DNA of 64,000 nt from Minisyncoccia bacterium (GTDB taxonomy: Bacteria > Patescibacteriota > Minisyncoccia > Phycocordibacterales > UBA9973), in the NCBI GenBank assembly GCA_038249055.1, contig JBBRWS010000002.1, positions 14,118 to 78,117 of the forward strand, written 5' to 3'. A program made the translations under genes and the position numbers. Shown one piece after another: positions 19,200 to 29,245 of this stretch. How positions within the stretch are numbered: the first letter of the stretch is position 1; every line of letters starts with the position of its first letter. Below the pieces are notes generated by a model. That model saw only the letters and a program-made list of their open reading frames with translations, made no database searches and was not told the DNA's origin.

Positions 19200-19451
19200 A
19201 TGAAAATATTACACACAATTGCGTTTATATTAGTTATAGTTGGAGGTTTAAATTGGTTATTAGTTGGTTTGGTGGGTTGGGATGTAGGTATGATTTTTGG
19301 AGGACAAGGTGCTCTTATTTCAAAAATTGTATATATTCTAGTTGGTTTATCATCCGTATTTTTAGTTTTTTCTCACAAGAAAGATTGTAAGCAGTGTGAA
19401 GTATCAACACCTATGGCTGCTCCTAGTACTCCAGCAAGTACACCCATGTAA
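19200..19451 (+). CDS. DUF378 family small membrane protein
   Basis: LVIVGGLNWLLVGL...IVYILVGLS. Confidence 0.85.
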   Translation: MKILHTIAFILVIVGGLNWLLVGLVGWDVGMIFGGQGALISKIVYILVGLSSVFLVFSHKKDCKQCEVSTPMAAPSTPASTPM

Positions 19452-19553
19452 TTTGTTTTTTATAAAACACCCGAAAGTTTTACTCTCGGGTGTTTTTAAT
19501 TGTGATTAGTATTTTAAATATATTTTTTTTGTTATTTATAGTATAATTAGAAT

Positions 19554-20315
19554 ATGGAAACATTAATAATACCGTTAGCAATTTTAGTTTTTTTTATTAT
19601 AATTATTGGTTTGAGAGTTGTGAATCAGTATGATCGTGGAGTTGTTCTTACGTTTGGAAAATTTACAGGGACAAAAGGTCCTGGATTAACATGGATTTTT
19701 CCTGGAATTCAAAACATGACAAAGGTTGATTTACGTATAACTACCACAGATATTCCCCAGCAAGAAGTTATTACAAAAGATAACGTTCCTGTAGGAATAA
19801 ATGCGGTTGTATATTTTCAAGTTCAATCAGCAGAGAAAGCAATATTAAATATTAAAGATTATACTTTGGCTGTTTCTCAGTATGCTCAAGCCGCACTCAG
19901 AGATGTTATTGGTGGTATCGAACTTGATAAATTACTTTCAGAGAGAGAGCAGATTTCAGAAGAAATTCAAAAAATAGTTGTACCTGCTACAGAAACTTGG
20001 GGTATTTCAGTAACTGATATAAAAATTCAAGACATAGAACTTCCAGCAGATATGAAGAGAGTTATGGCTAAACAAGCTGAGTCCGAGCGTGAACGCAGAG
20101 CTATCATTATCCGAGCTCAAGGTGAATTTGAGGCTTCACAGAAGCTTGCTGAAGCCGCTGGTGTTCTTGCCGGAACTCCTGGAGGAATGTCTATGCGTAC
20201 ATTGCAAACTATTGAAAAAATAAATCCAGACCCATCAAAGACTGTTATTTTTGCTTTACCAGTTGAGTTTTTTGAAGGTGTAAAAAGTCTTACAAATTAT
20301 CTAGACAAGAAGTAA
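19554..20315 (+). CDS. SPFH/band 7 (stomatin-like) protein
   Basis: QEVITKDNV, AQAALRDVIG, KQAESERERRA. Confidence 0.93.
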   Translation: METLIIPLAILVFFIIIIGLRVVNQYDRGVVLTFGKFTGTKGPGLTWIFPGIQNMTKVDLRITTTDIPQQEVITKDNVPVGINAVVYFQVQSAEKAILNIKDYTLAVSQYAQAALRDVIGGIELDKLLSEREQISEEIQKIVVPATETWGISVTDIKIQDIELPADMKRVMAKQAESERERRAIIIRAQGEFEASQKLAEAAGVLAGTPGGMSMRTLQTIEKINPDPSKTVIFALPVEFFEGVKSLTNYLDKK

Positions 20316-20321
20316 TAATAT

Positions 20322-20585
20322 ATGAAAGATGAGGCGACTTTTCTAGTTGAAGATGTATTTTTTATACCAAGTAAAGGTACTATAGTTGTAGGTAAATTAA
20401 CTGATGGTTTTCTTAAAAAAGGAATGAAAACCAATATTAATGGAAAAGAAAGTGAATTATTTTCAATTGAATCACAAAATAAATTACTTGAATCTCTAAA
20501 TTCAATTGGAGTAATTGCAGGATTACTTTTAAGTAATATTGATATAAATGATGTGAAAAAAGGTGATAGTTACTTTTTTGAGTAG
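20322..20585 (+). CDS. small EF-Tu domain II-like beta-barrel protein
   Basis: VEDVFFIPSKGTIVVGKL..G.LKKG. Confidence 0.7.
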   Translation: MKDEATFLVEDVFFIPSKGTIVVGKLTDGFLKKGMKTNINGKESELFSIESQNKLLESLNSIGVIAGLLLSNIDINDVKKGDSYFFE

Positions 20586-20610
20586 AAAAAACGACTCCCT
20601 GTTAGATAAT

Positions 20611-20668
20611 AAAAAAAATAGTAGAGGTTGGACGTCTTCCGTAGATGTACAACCTCTACTATTTTTTT
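20611..20668. repeat. family A palindrome, probable bidirectional terminator
   Basis: A-run-TAGTAGAGGTTGGACGTC...GATGTACAACCTCTACTA-T-run between convergent genes. Confidence 0.85.
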
Positions 20669-21482
20669 ATTTCATTTCTTTTAAAAATCCTTCTACTAAG
20701 GCGATTGTGTCAGTACTTTTTTGTAATACTGATTTCCAAACTACAACAATATCAGCATCATTAAAAATTGAACGCTGTACTTCGCGTACAGTATCACCTC
20801 CAGCAATAGATATCATTATGTTGTTGTAGCTTCCTTTTATTCGCCTGATTTCATGAAGGGGGATTTGTTTTTCTTTATTGAATTTTTCCTCGTCTACTCC
20901 TCTGTGGATTATAACAACTGAAGGGGCTTTTTTTAGTGAACGTAGTACAGAGAGAGGATATTCAACATTCATCATATCTATCATTGCATCCATTCCGTAC
21001 TCATCACATTTTTGAATAAAAGAATTTAATGTTTCTATCGGAGCAGTTCCTAGGGCGATGGCAGCACTTGCTCCACCACGATATGCAATCCCTACTTCGG
21101 TTTCACCTCTATCCATTGTTTTCAAATCAGCTACGATATAAGGAAATATCCCCGAATTATTTGGAATAATTATATTTTGATTTTCAGTTGTTTCTACCTG
21201 CAGATTAGATAGTCCTTTAAAAAGTAATGATAATATTCCAGTTGGATTGGGGGTTGCGATATTGGTTCCTAGTCCAAATAAATGCATTTCATAATATTGT
21301 CTTATCTGTCTTATTCCTTCTTCACCATATCTTTTTATAAATGGGGTACCTGCTTCTATTATAATACGGTCACTTTTTGGAAGACTAAAAATTATTTCAC
21401 GAGCATCAGAAAGTGTTCCGTTTAAGGCTACTTGTAAATAATGTTTTTTCGGATTTAATTTATGATTATTTATCTTTTTCAT
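20667..21482 (-). CDS. OMP decarboxylase/HUMPS family protein (hexulose-6-phosphate synthase-like)
   Basis: YLQVAL, IIEAGTPFIK.YG, VADLKTMD.G, IHRGVDEE, AGG. Confidence 0.8.
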   Translation of the reverse strand: MKKINNHKLNPKKHYLQVALNGTLSDAREIIFSLPKSDRIIIEAGTPFIKRYGEEGIRQIRQYYEMHLFGLGTNIATPNPTGILSLLFKGLSNLQVETTENQNIIIPNNSGIFPYIVADLKTMDRGETEVGIAYRGGASAAIALGTAPIETLNSFIQKCDEYGMDAMIDMMNVEYPLSVLRSLKKAPSVVIIHRGVDEEKFNKEKQIPLHEIRRIKGSYNNIMISIAGGDTVREVQRSIFNDADIVVVWKSVLQKSTDTIALVEGFLKEMK

Positions 21483-21566
21483 ATACTTAAACAGTATACT
21501 AAATTTTTATGTTTTAGATAAGATAAAATTCCTCATGATTGACAATTCGTGCATCTATGGTAATAT

Positions 21567-22121
21567 ATGAAGAAGTGCTCTAAATCAATAAAATCTATTA
21601 AGATGAAAAAAGGTAATGCATTGCAGTTCTCTGCAGATGGAACTGAGTTTGTTTTTTTGTTTTCAAGTGGCATCGAGAGTGCTGCTTTCACATCAAAAAA
21701 AACGGGATTCGCTGCTGTAACGGATTTAGCCCAAAAAGGCAAAATCAGTGTTGAAGAATTTTCTAAATTCAGAGACGAAATTCTGGATGCAGAAAATTTG
21801 GTTTGGGAAGATTCTGAGCCAGAAAGAATTAGTTTTCTCGGTCTTCTCATTGGGATGGCGATGTCTTCCTCGGGCTCTTCCATTTTGGATCAAATGCACG
21901 CACCAGAAGAACCTGTAACGATTGCATATTTAAAGATGTGTGATTGTGGTGGTTCTCACGGGAGAATTTATTGCAAGACGGCGTATACCGGCCGACTTGA
22001 TTCAAAAGGAGAGGCCTCTGTCTATCTTAATGAATTGAAAAAAAAAGGGCTTGTTGATGACGTTGAATTCGAAAAAGTAAAATCCGAAATTGAAAATTCC
22101 GGATTGGACTTGGATGAATAA
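21567..22121 (+). CDS. hypothetical protein
   Basis: 184-aa ORF (start may be 21603) with a CDCGGSH motif; upstream TTGACA and downstream terminator. Confidence 0.65.
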   Translation: MKKCSKSIKSIKMKKGNALQFSADGTEFVFLFSSGIESAAFTSKKTGFAAVTDLAQKGKISVEEFSKFRDEILDAENLVWEDSEPERISFLGLLIGMAMSSSGSSILDQMHAPEEPVTIAYLKMCDCGGSHGRIYCKTAYTGRLDSKGEASVYLNELKKKGLVDDVEFEKVKSEIENSGLDLDE

Positions 22122-22260
22122 TCTAATTTACGAAATCCCTTTCTAACTAAAATGAGCAGCTCCATAATTTGGGGCTGCTTTTTTTATGCGGGGAGACAAA
22201 ATAAAATCCACAATCTCTTTCGAAATTATGGATTCTAGTTATAACGCCCTATTAATTAAT

Positions 22261-22647
22261 TTAAGCGTGTTTAGGGTTTTTGTAGATAAGTATGTTCATT
22301 CCCTGTACATATATTGGAATTACTAAAGCAAATAAAATATAACTGTTAGCTCCGAATATATTGAAGCACATGTTTACTTTATCAGGATTAAATAATTCAT
22401 CAATTCCGTAAATTCTTGCCCATACTAATTCAGTGATAGGGGTAAGAAATGCGAGGAATGACAATGGATAGCTCAAGTTGAACTTATCTTTGTCTTTTAG
22501 GACAATTAATACTCCACTAAATAGTGGTAAAAGGTACATGAACCAACCAAAATGGTAGTCCAAATAGGGGAATATTAAAGCTAGTGAAATCCACACAGCT
22601 ATAATTGTTAAGTAATACCCCTTAAAGGCTAATAATTTTTTCGTCAT
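22261..22647 (-). CDS. hypothetical membrane protein
   Basis: About 4 hydrophobic segments. Confidence 0.7.
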   Translation of the reverse strand: MTKKLLAFKGYYLTIIAVWISLALIFPYLDYHFGWFMYLLPLFSGVLIVLKDKDKFNLSYPLSFLAFLTPITELVWARIYGIDELFNPDKVNMCFNIFGANSYILFALVIPIYVQGMNILIYKNPKHA

Positions 22648-22859
22648 CTATTAATGATTTATCCCGAATAGGCGGGGACCTGTTTTTAGAAACTTTAAAT
22701 TAAATTGATAAATAAGTCAATATCATTTTTAATATATGAAAATTTATATTTAACTCAACAAAAAAGTTCCCGTCAAAATTTTGACGGGAACCTCTGCAAT
22801 AATTTAATTTGCTATTTTTTACTGGTAGTACAAGAGGTTTTTTAAATTTAAGACGAAAA

Positions 22860-23126
22860 TTATTTTAAAACAATTGAGGTTAAAAAATAAAAAATCGAAT
22901 ATACTACAAGCATTGAAATCATAACACTCAGTTTTTGAATAAAGTTTAAAAATTTTACTTTATCCGAAAAAAGGATGATCATGACTCCAAAGCAAAATGC
23001 TGTGAAATCAAAAAATGAAAACAATGAGCCGTTGGCTCCTATTATTTCTGGTGAATGTTTCAAAAATGAAAGAATACCAGAAATTGAAATAAGCAGAAAA
23101 CCAAAATAGAAATAAAAATTTTTCAT
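22860..23126 (-). CDS. hypothetical membrane protein
   Basis: 3 hydrophobic segments. Confidence 0.6.
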   Translation of the reverse strand: MKNFYFYFGFLLISISGILSFLKHSPEIIGANGSLFSFFDFTAFCFGVMIILFSDKVKFLNFIQKLSVMISMLVVYSIFYFLTSIVLK

Positions 23127-23158
23127 ATCAGAAAATTTAATAAATGTTTAAAAAAATT

Positions 23159-23761
23159 TTACTTTTTACTTTTTACATTAGCTTCAAGTTCATCAAGAAT
23201 TTTCTTTTTAGCAAGCACTTCTCCTTTAGCTTTAATAAGAGTTTCTTCAATTTCTAAAACTCTTTTAATACCTTGTAAAAAAAAGGGATCAAATATCAAG
23301 ACTACTGAAACAGAATCTATGCAATACTTACCTAATGCGAATTCTTTTCTTTCATAAAATGTTTTTTCCAAATCATATTTTATATACCCCTCTAGAGATT
23401 CCTCTAATGATTTTGATCTTTTGTAAACATCGAAAGAATTTAATTCAATGAGCGTCATTGAAGGGGGAAGTAAAGATCGACTTAAAATAATTCGTTTTAC
23501 TTTTTCACTTTCAGGTAAATAGTATAATCCAAGCCAAAATTTTTCAGGTGGATTAATTCCAAAAAATTCATCAACAGAGATTCCTTTTTTTGAGTAGAAT
23601 ACATTTATTGATGCCGTAATTATATGGGCATCATTTGTTTTATAGCAATCCATCCTTCCAATCTCTTGTGTTCTGCCTAAATATTTTACTCTAATTACAA
23701 TCAGAGTAATAATTGAAATTGCTAAAACAATCAATAAAAAGTAACTGATAATTTTTTTCAT
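23159..23761 (-). CDS. hypothetical membrane-anchored protein
   Basis: N-terminal TM, C-terminal coiled-coil-like region. Confidence 0.7.
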   Translation of the reverse strand: MKKIISYFLLIVLAISIITLIVIRVKYLGRTQEIGRMDCYKTNDAHIITASINVFYSKKGISVDEFFGINPPEKFWLGLYYLPESEKVKRIILSRSLLPPSMTLIELNSFDVYKRSKSLEESLEGYIKYDLEKTFYERKEFALGKYCIDSVSVVLIFDPFFLQGIKRVLEIEETLIKAKGEVLAKKKILDELEANVKSKK

Positions 23762-23993
23762 AATGATTTTGTTTTTAAGTGTATATAAGATTTTCTAAAC
23801 ATCCATTTTAATAGAGGCTTAGAAAATCTTATATATTTAAATTCAAAATTCTGTATTTCAAAGAACTATCTTTATATTATAGCATATTATAGTTAAAAGT
23901 CAATGAATCTAAATTAGATAAAAGATTTTAAAAATAACAAAACCCATCTTTTTCAAGACAGGTTTTATTTTATTAGTGCGTATATTGTTTATC

Positions 23994-25406
23994 CTAGAAT
24001 TTATATTCCGGAATATCTTTTAGTTCCCCACGCAAAAAGGGAAATAAGAGACCATTGTCGTATGCCAACAAGAGTTTGTCGGCAAATTTTTCTAAGCCAT
24101 TGTTTCCTTCATTACTGGAAAGCATTGTGTTGCTATTTTTTCCTTTATACCAATAGGTATTATAGGAAAAATTTTTCAACAAGTGCTTATTGAGTTTCAG
24201 GTGATTGGCTGTATCGGCGATACAGTCCAATAACATAGGGAATACCCCAGTTCCAGACCACCTGCCGAGCACAAACATATGGGGCAGTCCTTTCAAGAAT
24301 CCGACCATAATTGGGTCGATGTTACGGAGCCAATTTTGGTCGCTCCATTCCTTTGAAGCTGCGTCATGATATGGGGTCATAATGACCACATAATCAAACA
24401 GCTCTTTTGCCTGTCTCATTATCCTCACCAAGTTGGGAGGCATAATGTCCTTACCACGAAACTGTGATAAAGGTCGGGTTCTCCTGTTGTATGTCTGGTA
24501 AAACCAGGCGTACTCAGTTGATCCGATAGAATCAGCAAAAAAATTCACTGCACTGTCCGGGGAAGGATCCTCGGCTCTGGTATTGTCCGCTATTTCTTCT
24601 TTGGCACTTACGTACCAAACTGGAAAAGCAAAACTCAACTCAGGTAAATGCCTGATGTCAATCACTGAACTGTGATTAAGCAGACCATTTTTGTGCATTA
24701 AGGTAAAAGCTTCTCTTACGCTTAAGAACTGCGAGTATTCCTTTTTCAATGAATCGCTCTGGCCAGAAAGGCCATTTTCATTGTACAAAGCAATTGTCTC
24801 ATCAATCATAGCCTGTTCTGCAACCTTATCAACATCGTCCATAATGGAGCATTTAACTCCTAACGGGCTTAACATTGAGAACGTTTTCTCCACGAAAGTT
24901 TCAGCCATCCGGTTTATATCTTCCGGATTGTAGCCACCACCCTGACTCAATACCCAACCAATCTGCTGAATAAATTCAGCAAGGGGTTTGTTTTCGAGAG
25001 CTTTAGAGATATCACCTTCAGCGATAATCTTTTTCAACTGGTGGTAAGGGCTAATTGCCCTGGAGAGTCCAGCTATTGCTGTGGTACGCCCTTCTGGTGT
25101 ATTCACATCAAGACCGGTTTCAATCATTACAATTTTTTCTGTTCTGAACTTCCCAACTCTCTGAGGGTCGTGGTTTAATTCTGAAAATTGGACCAACTGT
25201 CCAACTTTGAATTCGGAACTTTCGGAAACTGGGCAAAAAATGTCCCCATTGGTTCCGATGCTTTCATAAGCACGTTTAACCATTCCGATAAATACATATC
25301 CAGTATGTACTGAGACAATCTCACCAGTGTACACGGTTCCAACTATTACTTCTGGATTTTCAATAACTAGAATTTCTTCTTGGTCATTCTTTAAATCATT
25401 TGTCAT
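23994..25406 (-). CDS. hypothetical protein with S1/OB-like N-terminus
   Basis: VGTVYTGEIVSVHTGYVFI resembles an S1 beta-hairpin; remainder unrecognised. Confidence 0.7.
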   Translation of the reverse strand: MTNDLKNDQEEILVIENPEVIVGTVYTGEIVSVHTGYVFIGMVKRAYESIGTNGDIFCPVSESSEFKVGQLVQFSELNHDPQRVGKFRTEKIVMIETGLDVNTPEGRTTAIAGLSRAISPYHQLKKIIAEGDISKALENKPLAEFIQQIGWVLSQGGGYNPEDINRMAETFVEKTFSMLSPLGVKCSIMDDVDKVAEQAMIDETIALYNENGLSGQSDSLKKEYSQFLSVREAFTLMHKNGLLNHSSVIDIRHLPELSFAFPVWYVSAKEEIADNTRAEDPSPDSAVNFFADSIGSTEYAWFYQTYNRRTRPLSQFRGKDIMPPNLVRIMRQAKELFDYVVIMTPYHDAASKEWSDQNWLRNIDPIMVGFLKGLPHMFVLGRWSGTGVFPMLLDCIADTANHLKLNKHLLKNFSYNTYWYKGKNSNTMLSSNEGNNGLEKFADKLLLAYDNGLLFPFLRGELKDIPEYKF

Positions 25407-25674
25407 TTTCAGCAGTTTTAAATTTTTACAGTTAATTAAAATACAGTTTATTTATGAATCGGTTTTTACTAGGGGAATAACAGCAACTCTTTTAGAAGTT
25501 ATTCTTTTACCTTGTAATTTGTCAAACAACGATTTCATGTATATTATACATCATTAATATAATAAAGTCAATAGTCTATATTAAAATTTAATTTAACATA
25601 GTAAAAAATATTTAAGCTTATAATTTAAAAGACTGAATAATGATTGTCATTATTCAGTCTTTTTTGCTTATTTT

Positions 25675-26064
25675 TTAGCCTCTATCTTTTTCTTCTGCCA
25701 TTTTTTCAAGTTTAACTTGAAAGCTACTTTTTTTAACGTCCTCTTTTTTAGCTGAATTTTCTTCTGCCATTTTTTGTAATCTGGATTGAAAATTACTTTG
25801 CGTTTTATCTATATCTAGTTCGTTTCTCTCTTTGAGTTGTTTTGGAAGATTAACACAAACAAAATATAGAATATAAGGCCAGAGGAAGAAAAATAAATAT
25901 CTCAAATTTGCTGGGACTCCAGCAGGAAAATTGGCATTCACTTTGTCTCTAGTGATGTAGTTCCTTTTCAATATTGATATTACAAGTTCGAATATCAAAA
26001 GAAGAAAAAAACCAATTACCATATACCAACCGATACAGGATAATACAATTTTGATTGTTTCCAT
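25675..26064 (-). CDS. hypothetical membrane protein
   Basis: 2 TM segments plus duplicated SxFQxxLxKMAEE tail. Confidence 0.7.
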   Translation of the reverse strand: METIKIVLSCIGWYMVIGFFLLLIFELVISILKRNYITRDKVNANFPAGVPANLRYLFFFLWPYILYFVCVNLPKQLKERNELDIDKTQSNFQSRLQKMAEENSAKKEDVKKSSFQVKLEKMAEEKDRG

Positions 26065-26213
26065 TATTGTGATATTAACCCTGAAAGGCGGGTCACCTAT
26101 GTTTAATTTAAGGTTACCATGAACGGGGAGGAAGTCAATGAGAGATATTTATCGATAAACATAAAGAGGGGTCTTTGATATAAAGACCCCTCTTTTACAA
26201 ATTTGGAAAATTT

Positions 26214-26681
26214 TTAATTAAGACCAGACAATGTCTCGCCAGGGATAAAAGTGTCTTCTGAATTTTGCAACGCAATTATTTTGAATAGAGGGCGAATTGC
26301 CAAGACTGACCTTTGTTGAGGGAAACGTAGATGTATTAAAATCCACATTAATTCTTTGCATGCGTCGGCTTCTTTTTCAAGACGATTGAATTTTTCAAAA
26401 TAATGAAAGTTTTGTTCAGTTGAAATAATTTTAGATAGTGGTTTAATCCAATCCACATTATGTTCATCTTCAAGATTTTTTCCAATGATATTTTCAAACA
26501 TCATTCTTATTTCTTGGTTTTTTAGGATAGATAAAGTATGCAGTCTTTTTTCAAGCTCTGACATTTCACCTATTTCTATTCCGGATAGAATTTCATCTGT
26601 GTCTGGTACAACCTCAAGTTCATCACAGTAAGCCAAGGCTTCCTCAATGATTGTTCCGCTTATTAATTCAATATTTTCCAT
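26214..26681 (-). CDS. hypothetical protein
   Basis: 155-aa ORF with own promoter and terminator (26163-26196). Confidence 0.7.
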   Translation of the reverse strand: MENIELISGTIIEEALAYCDELEVVPDTDEILSGIEIGEMSELEKRLHTLSILKNQEIRMMFENIIGKNLEDEHNVDWIKPLSKIISTEQNFHYFEKFNRLEKEADACKELMWILIHLRFPQQRSVLAIRPLFKIIALQNSEDTFIPGETLSGLN

Positions 26682-26798
26682 GTATTCTGTTTTTAGTACG
26701 TATTTAATTTGAGATTAACATAAGAGGGGGAGAAGTCAAATAGAGAGGTTTTGAGACAGTAAAAAGAAAACCCGCAAGCGAGTTTCTTCGCGTGCGGG

Positions 26799-27062
26799 TT
26801 ATGCCTTTAAGCTTTTGTAATATTTATAGAAACCTTTTAATCTTATAAAGTAAAAAATTTCTACAAAACACAGTATTATTATCATTACAACAAAGGGAAT
26901 ATTGAAACCCACTTTGTTGTTTGAACTAAAGACGACGATTAATGGTACTGTAATTATCCCAATACTGTATAAAATCATTAAACCCAGATTCCATCTTTTT
27001 TGGGTTTCTTTTGATACATTGTCGTCTGTTAAACAATCCGAAATACTTTTTTTATTTTTCAT
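26799..27062 (-). CDS. hypothetical 2-TM protein
   Basis: 87-aa ORF with own promoter. Confidence 0.65.
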   Translation of the reverse strand: MKNKKSISDCLTDDNVSKETQKRWNLGLMILYSIGIITVPLIVVFSSNNKVGFNIPFVVMIIILCFVEIFYFIRLKGFYKYYKSLKA

Positions 27063-27198
27063 GATCTAATTTTAGTTTATTGAATTTTCTTTACCACTCT
27101 AAATAGGGGAACAAAGAAAATTCAATAAATTAAATTTAACCAAAATTTTAAAGAGCGCACTCCTTATATGATAGCATGTTTTGTGGTAAAAGTCAAGG

Positions 27199-27472
27199 GA
27201 GAGGTGGCGGGATATCTTCCTCTACGAATGCGGGAACCACGAGTACGTGTTCGGTCACTCATAATTTTCTGGTGAAAATTTGTGCGACCCTCAATCAGTA
27301 GATTGACCTCACGGGCGACTCGCACCGTCTTTCGATTCCCGCGGGACCGCGAGTACGCTTATCGAACACTACGTTTTCAGGTACTTTTCGATTTGGTTAA
27401 CACCAAATAGCGAAAAGTCTTTCGATTTCCGCACTCGAGCAAAGCAGTTTGCTCGCTCATCTCCACATATGA
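27199..27472. repeat. tmRNA-tailored structured repeat array
   Basis: Repeated TTCGATT(C/T)CCGC and CATCTCCACAT pieces of the tmRNA 3' end, interleaved with the scaffold seen at 31579-32005 and 41238-41610. Confidence 0.85.
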
Positions 27473-27505
27473 AAAAACATCCTGTAAAGGATGTTTTTTC
27501 ATATG

Positions 27506-27896
27506 TGGAGATGGCGGGAATCGAACCCGCGTGCAAAGAGAACTCTTATAGAAATCTACATGTTTAGTATATCCAATTGGGTTTAAATGTTTATTCTAGA
27601 GGACATACAAGAAAAATAAACACCGAGCTTTTAATTGTCGGACTTTACATCAAGCGGTTGTAAAATCGTAACCAGATAAATTATGCCCACTCTTTATATC
27701 TGATGTCAAAAGAGTAGACACCCGCGAGGCCTAATTAGGCGAATGCGGGAGCAAAATTACCGAACCCAAAAGAGTAAGGTGATTTTACTGAAGCGACTTT
27801 GTTTGCACTTAGTCTTTTCCAAGAAGTTTTAAAAGATTCCTGAGTACTTTACATGCATATATAAGAGGATTCACCTTGTCGAAGCCGATCATCCCC
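27506..27896 (-). ncRNA. ssrA: tmRNA
   Basis: 5' GGGGATG pairs with 3' CATCTCC-A; T-arm GCGGGTTCGATTCCCGC; tag ORF 27806-27735 ANKVASVKSPYSFGFGNFAPAFA*; next to smpB. Confidence 0.95.
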
Positions 27897-27989
27897 CTAT
27901 GAAATTTTTAAGAAAAATTTCAATTAATAATTACTGATTACCAATGACTAATTAAGAATTCAAAATTAGTAATCAGTAATTGTTAATTA

Positions 27990-28436
27990 TTAATTAATTT
28001 TATACTCTCTTCTTATTTCTCTATCAACATCTCGTTTTTTGATAGTTTCTCTTTTATCAAAAACTTTTTTTCCTCTTGCGACTGCGACAGATACTTTAAT
28101 ATAACGACCCTTACTATACAATGAAATAGGGATAAGAGTCAAACCTTTGATATCGTCCTTCTCTGCTAGCTTCTTGATTTCTTTTTTAGACAAAAGAAGT
28201 CTTCTATTTCTATCTGGGTCATACCCAGGGTTGGTGTTATTTTGTTGGTATGGAGGTATATGCATTCCTATAATAAATGCTTCTCCTCCACGAATAACGC
28301 AAAAGGCTGCGGTGATACTTCCTTGCCCTTTCTTTATTGATTTCACTTCAAATCCAGAAAGTTCGATACCTGCTTCAAAGGTTTCTTCTATACTGTAATT
28401 GAAATGTGCTTTTCTATTATCTATATATGTTGTCAC
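27990..28436 (-). CDS. smpB: SsrA-binding protein
   Basis: NRKAHFNY, EAGIELSGFEVKSI, RGKKVFDKRETIK. Confidence 0.97.
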   Translation of the reverse strand: MTTYIDNRKAHFNYSIEETFEAGIELSGFEVKSIKKGQGSITAAFCVIRGGEAFIIGMHIPPYQQNNTNPGYDPDRNRRLLLSKKEIKKLAEKDDIKGLTLIPISLYSKGRYIKVSVAVARGKKVFDKRETIKKRDVDREIRREYKIN

Positions 28437-28540
28437 GTGTATATTCTAACATACTATTATAAAATATGGTTTTAGAAATAAAACAAATTGACTATTTATT
28501 CCAAAGTAGTAATCTAAAAGAAAAACTTAACACTTGTACT

Positions 28541-29041
28541 ATGAATTTAGAAACAGTTATCACAACAAGTGGCAAAACCATTGAAGTTGATATTTCAGAT
28601 GATGTTTGTCTCAAGTATGGATTTATCCATGATGATATCGGAATCTCTTTTACGGGATTGGATATCAGAATAAAAGGTGTTGGCCCTGATAATAACGGAG
28701 AAAAAGTTTTGTACTATGAAGTTCTTGCTCCTAAACTCGAAGGAAAAGTTTGCTGTTTTGAAAAGAAAGGGAACTTGCTCGACCTAGGTTTCAAGTTCAG
28801 CCGGCATCTTTTTCCGATTGAAAAAAGGTTCAAAAAAATTCCTGAAATTTTAATAAGGGATTGGAGAATCGAAATGGCCAAAAGAAATGCGATAAAAATA
28901 ATTGTATTTTATTGCAGTGATGAATTTAATTTTTTTCCTCATTATCTTCTTCCAGATGAAGATGAAGAAAAAATTAAAAAAATAATATCCCACACGGCAC
29001 CATGTTCTAGCCAGGGAGAAATAATTGAGCTAATTAATTAG
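28541..29041 (+). CDS. hypothetical protein
   Basis: Probable ATG 28541 downstream of a TTGACT promoter. Confidence 0.65.
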   Translation: MNLETVITTSGKTIEVDISDDVCLKYGFIHDDIGISFTGLDIRIKGVGPDNNGEKVLYYEVLAPKLEGKVCCFEKKGNLLDLGFKFSRHLFPIEKRFKKIPEILIRDWRIEMAKRNAIKIIVFYCSDEFNFFPHYLLPDEDEEKIKKIISHTAPCSSQGEIIELIN

Positions 29042-29122
29042 CCCGCAAATGAAAGAGACCCTCTCGTTTGCGGGTTTTCTTTTATCTAATTTTATCCTTT
29101 ATTTTTATATATTCGTGTGCGT

Positions 29123-29230
29123 GCCCTGTAGTGAAATTTTATAGAAAAATAATATTAATAATAAAAATAAATTTAAAATTAATCTAAAAAGTCATAAATT
29201 ATCATGTTTGAAAAATTTCTACTACGGGGT
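29123..29230 (+). repeat. inverted-repeat element abutting the ftsH -10 box
   Basis: GCCCTGTAGTGAAATTTT ... AAAATTTCTACTACGGGG-TATAAT. Confidence 0.75.
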
Positions 29231-29245
29231 ATAATGCAAAGTACT

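Noticed and set aside
21567-27500. Prophage or ICE integrated at tmRNA
   Set aside because: No integrase, no phage or conjugation genes, and no distal att repeat seen.
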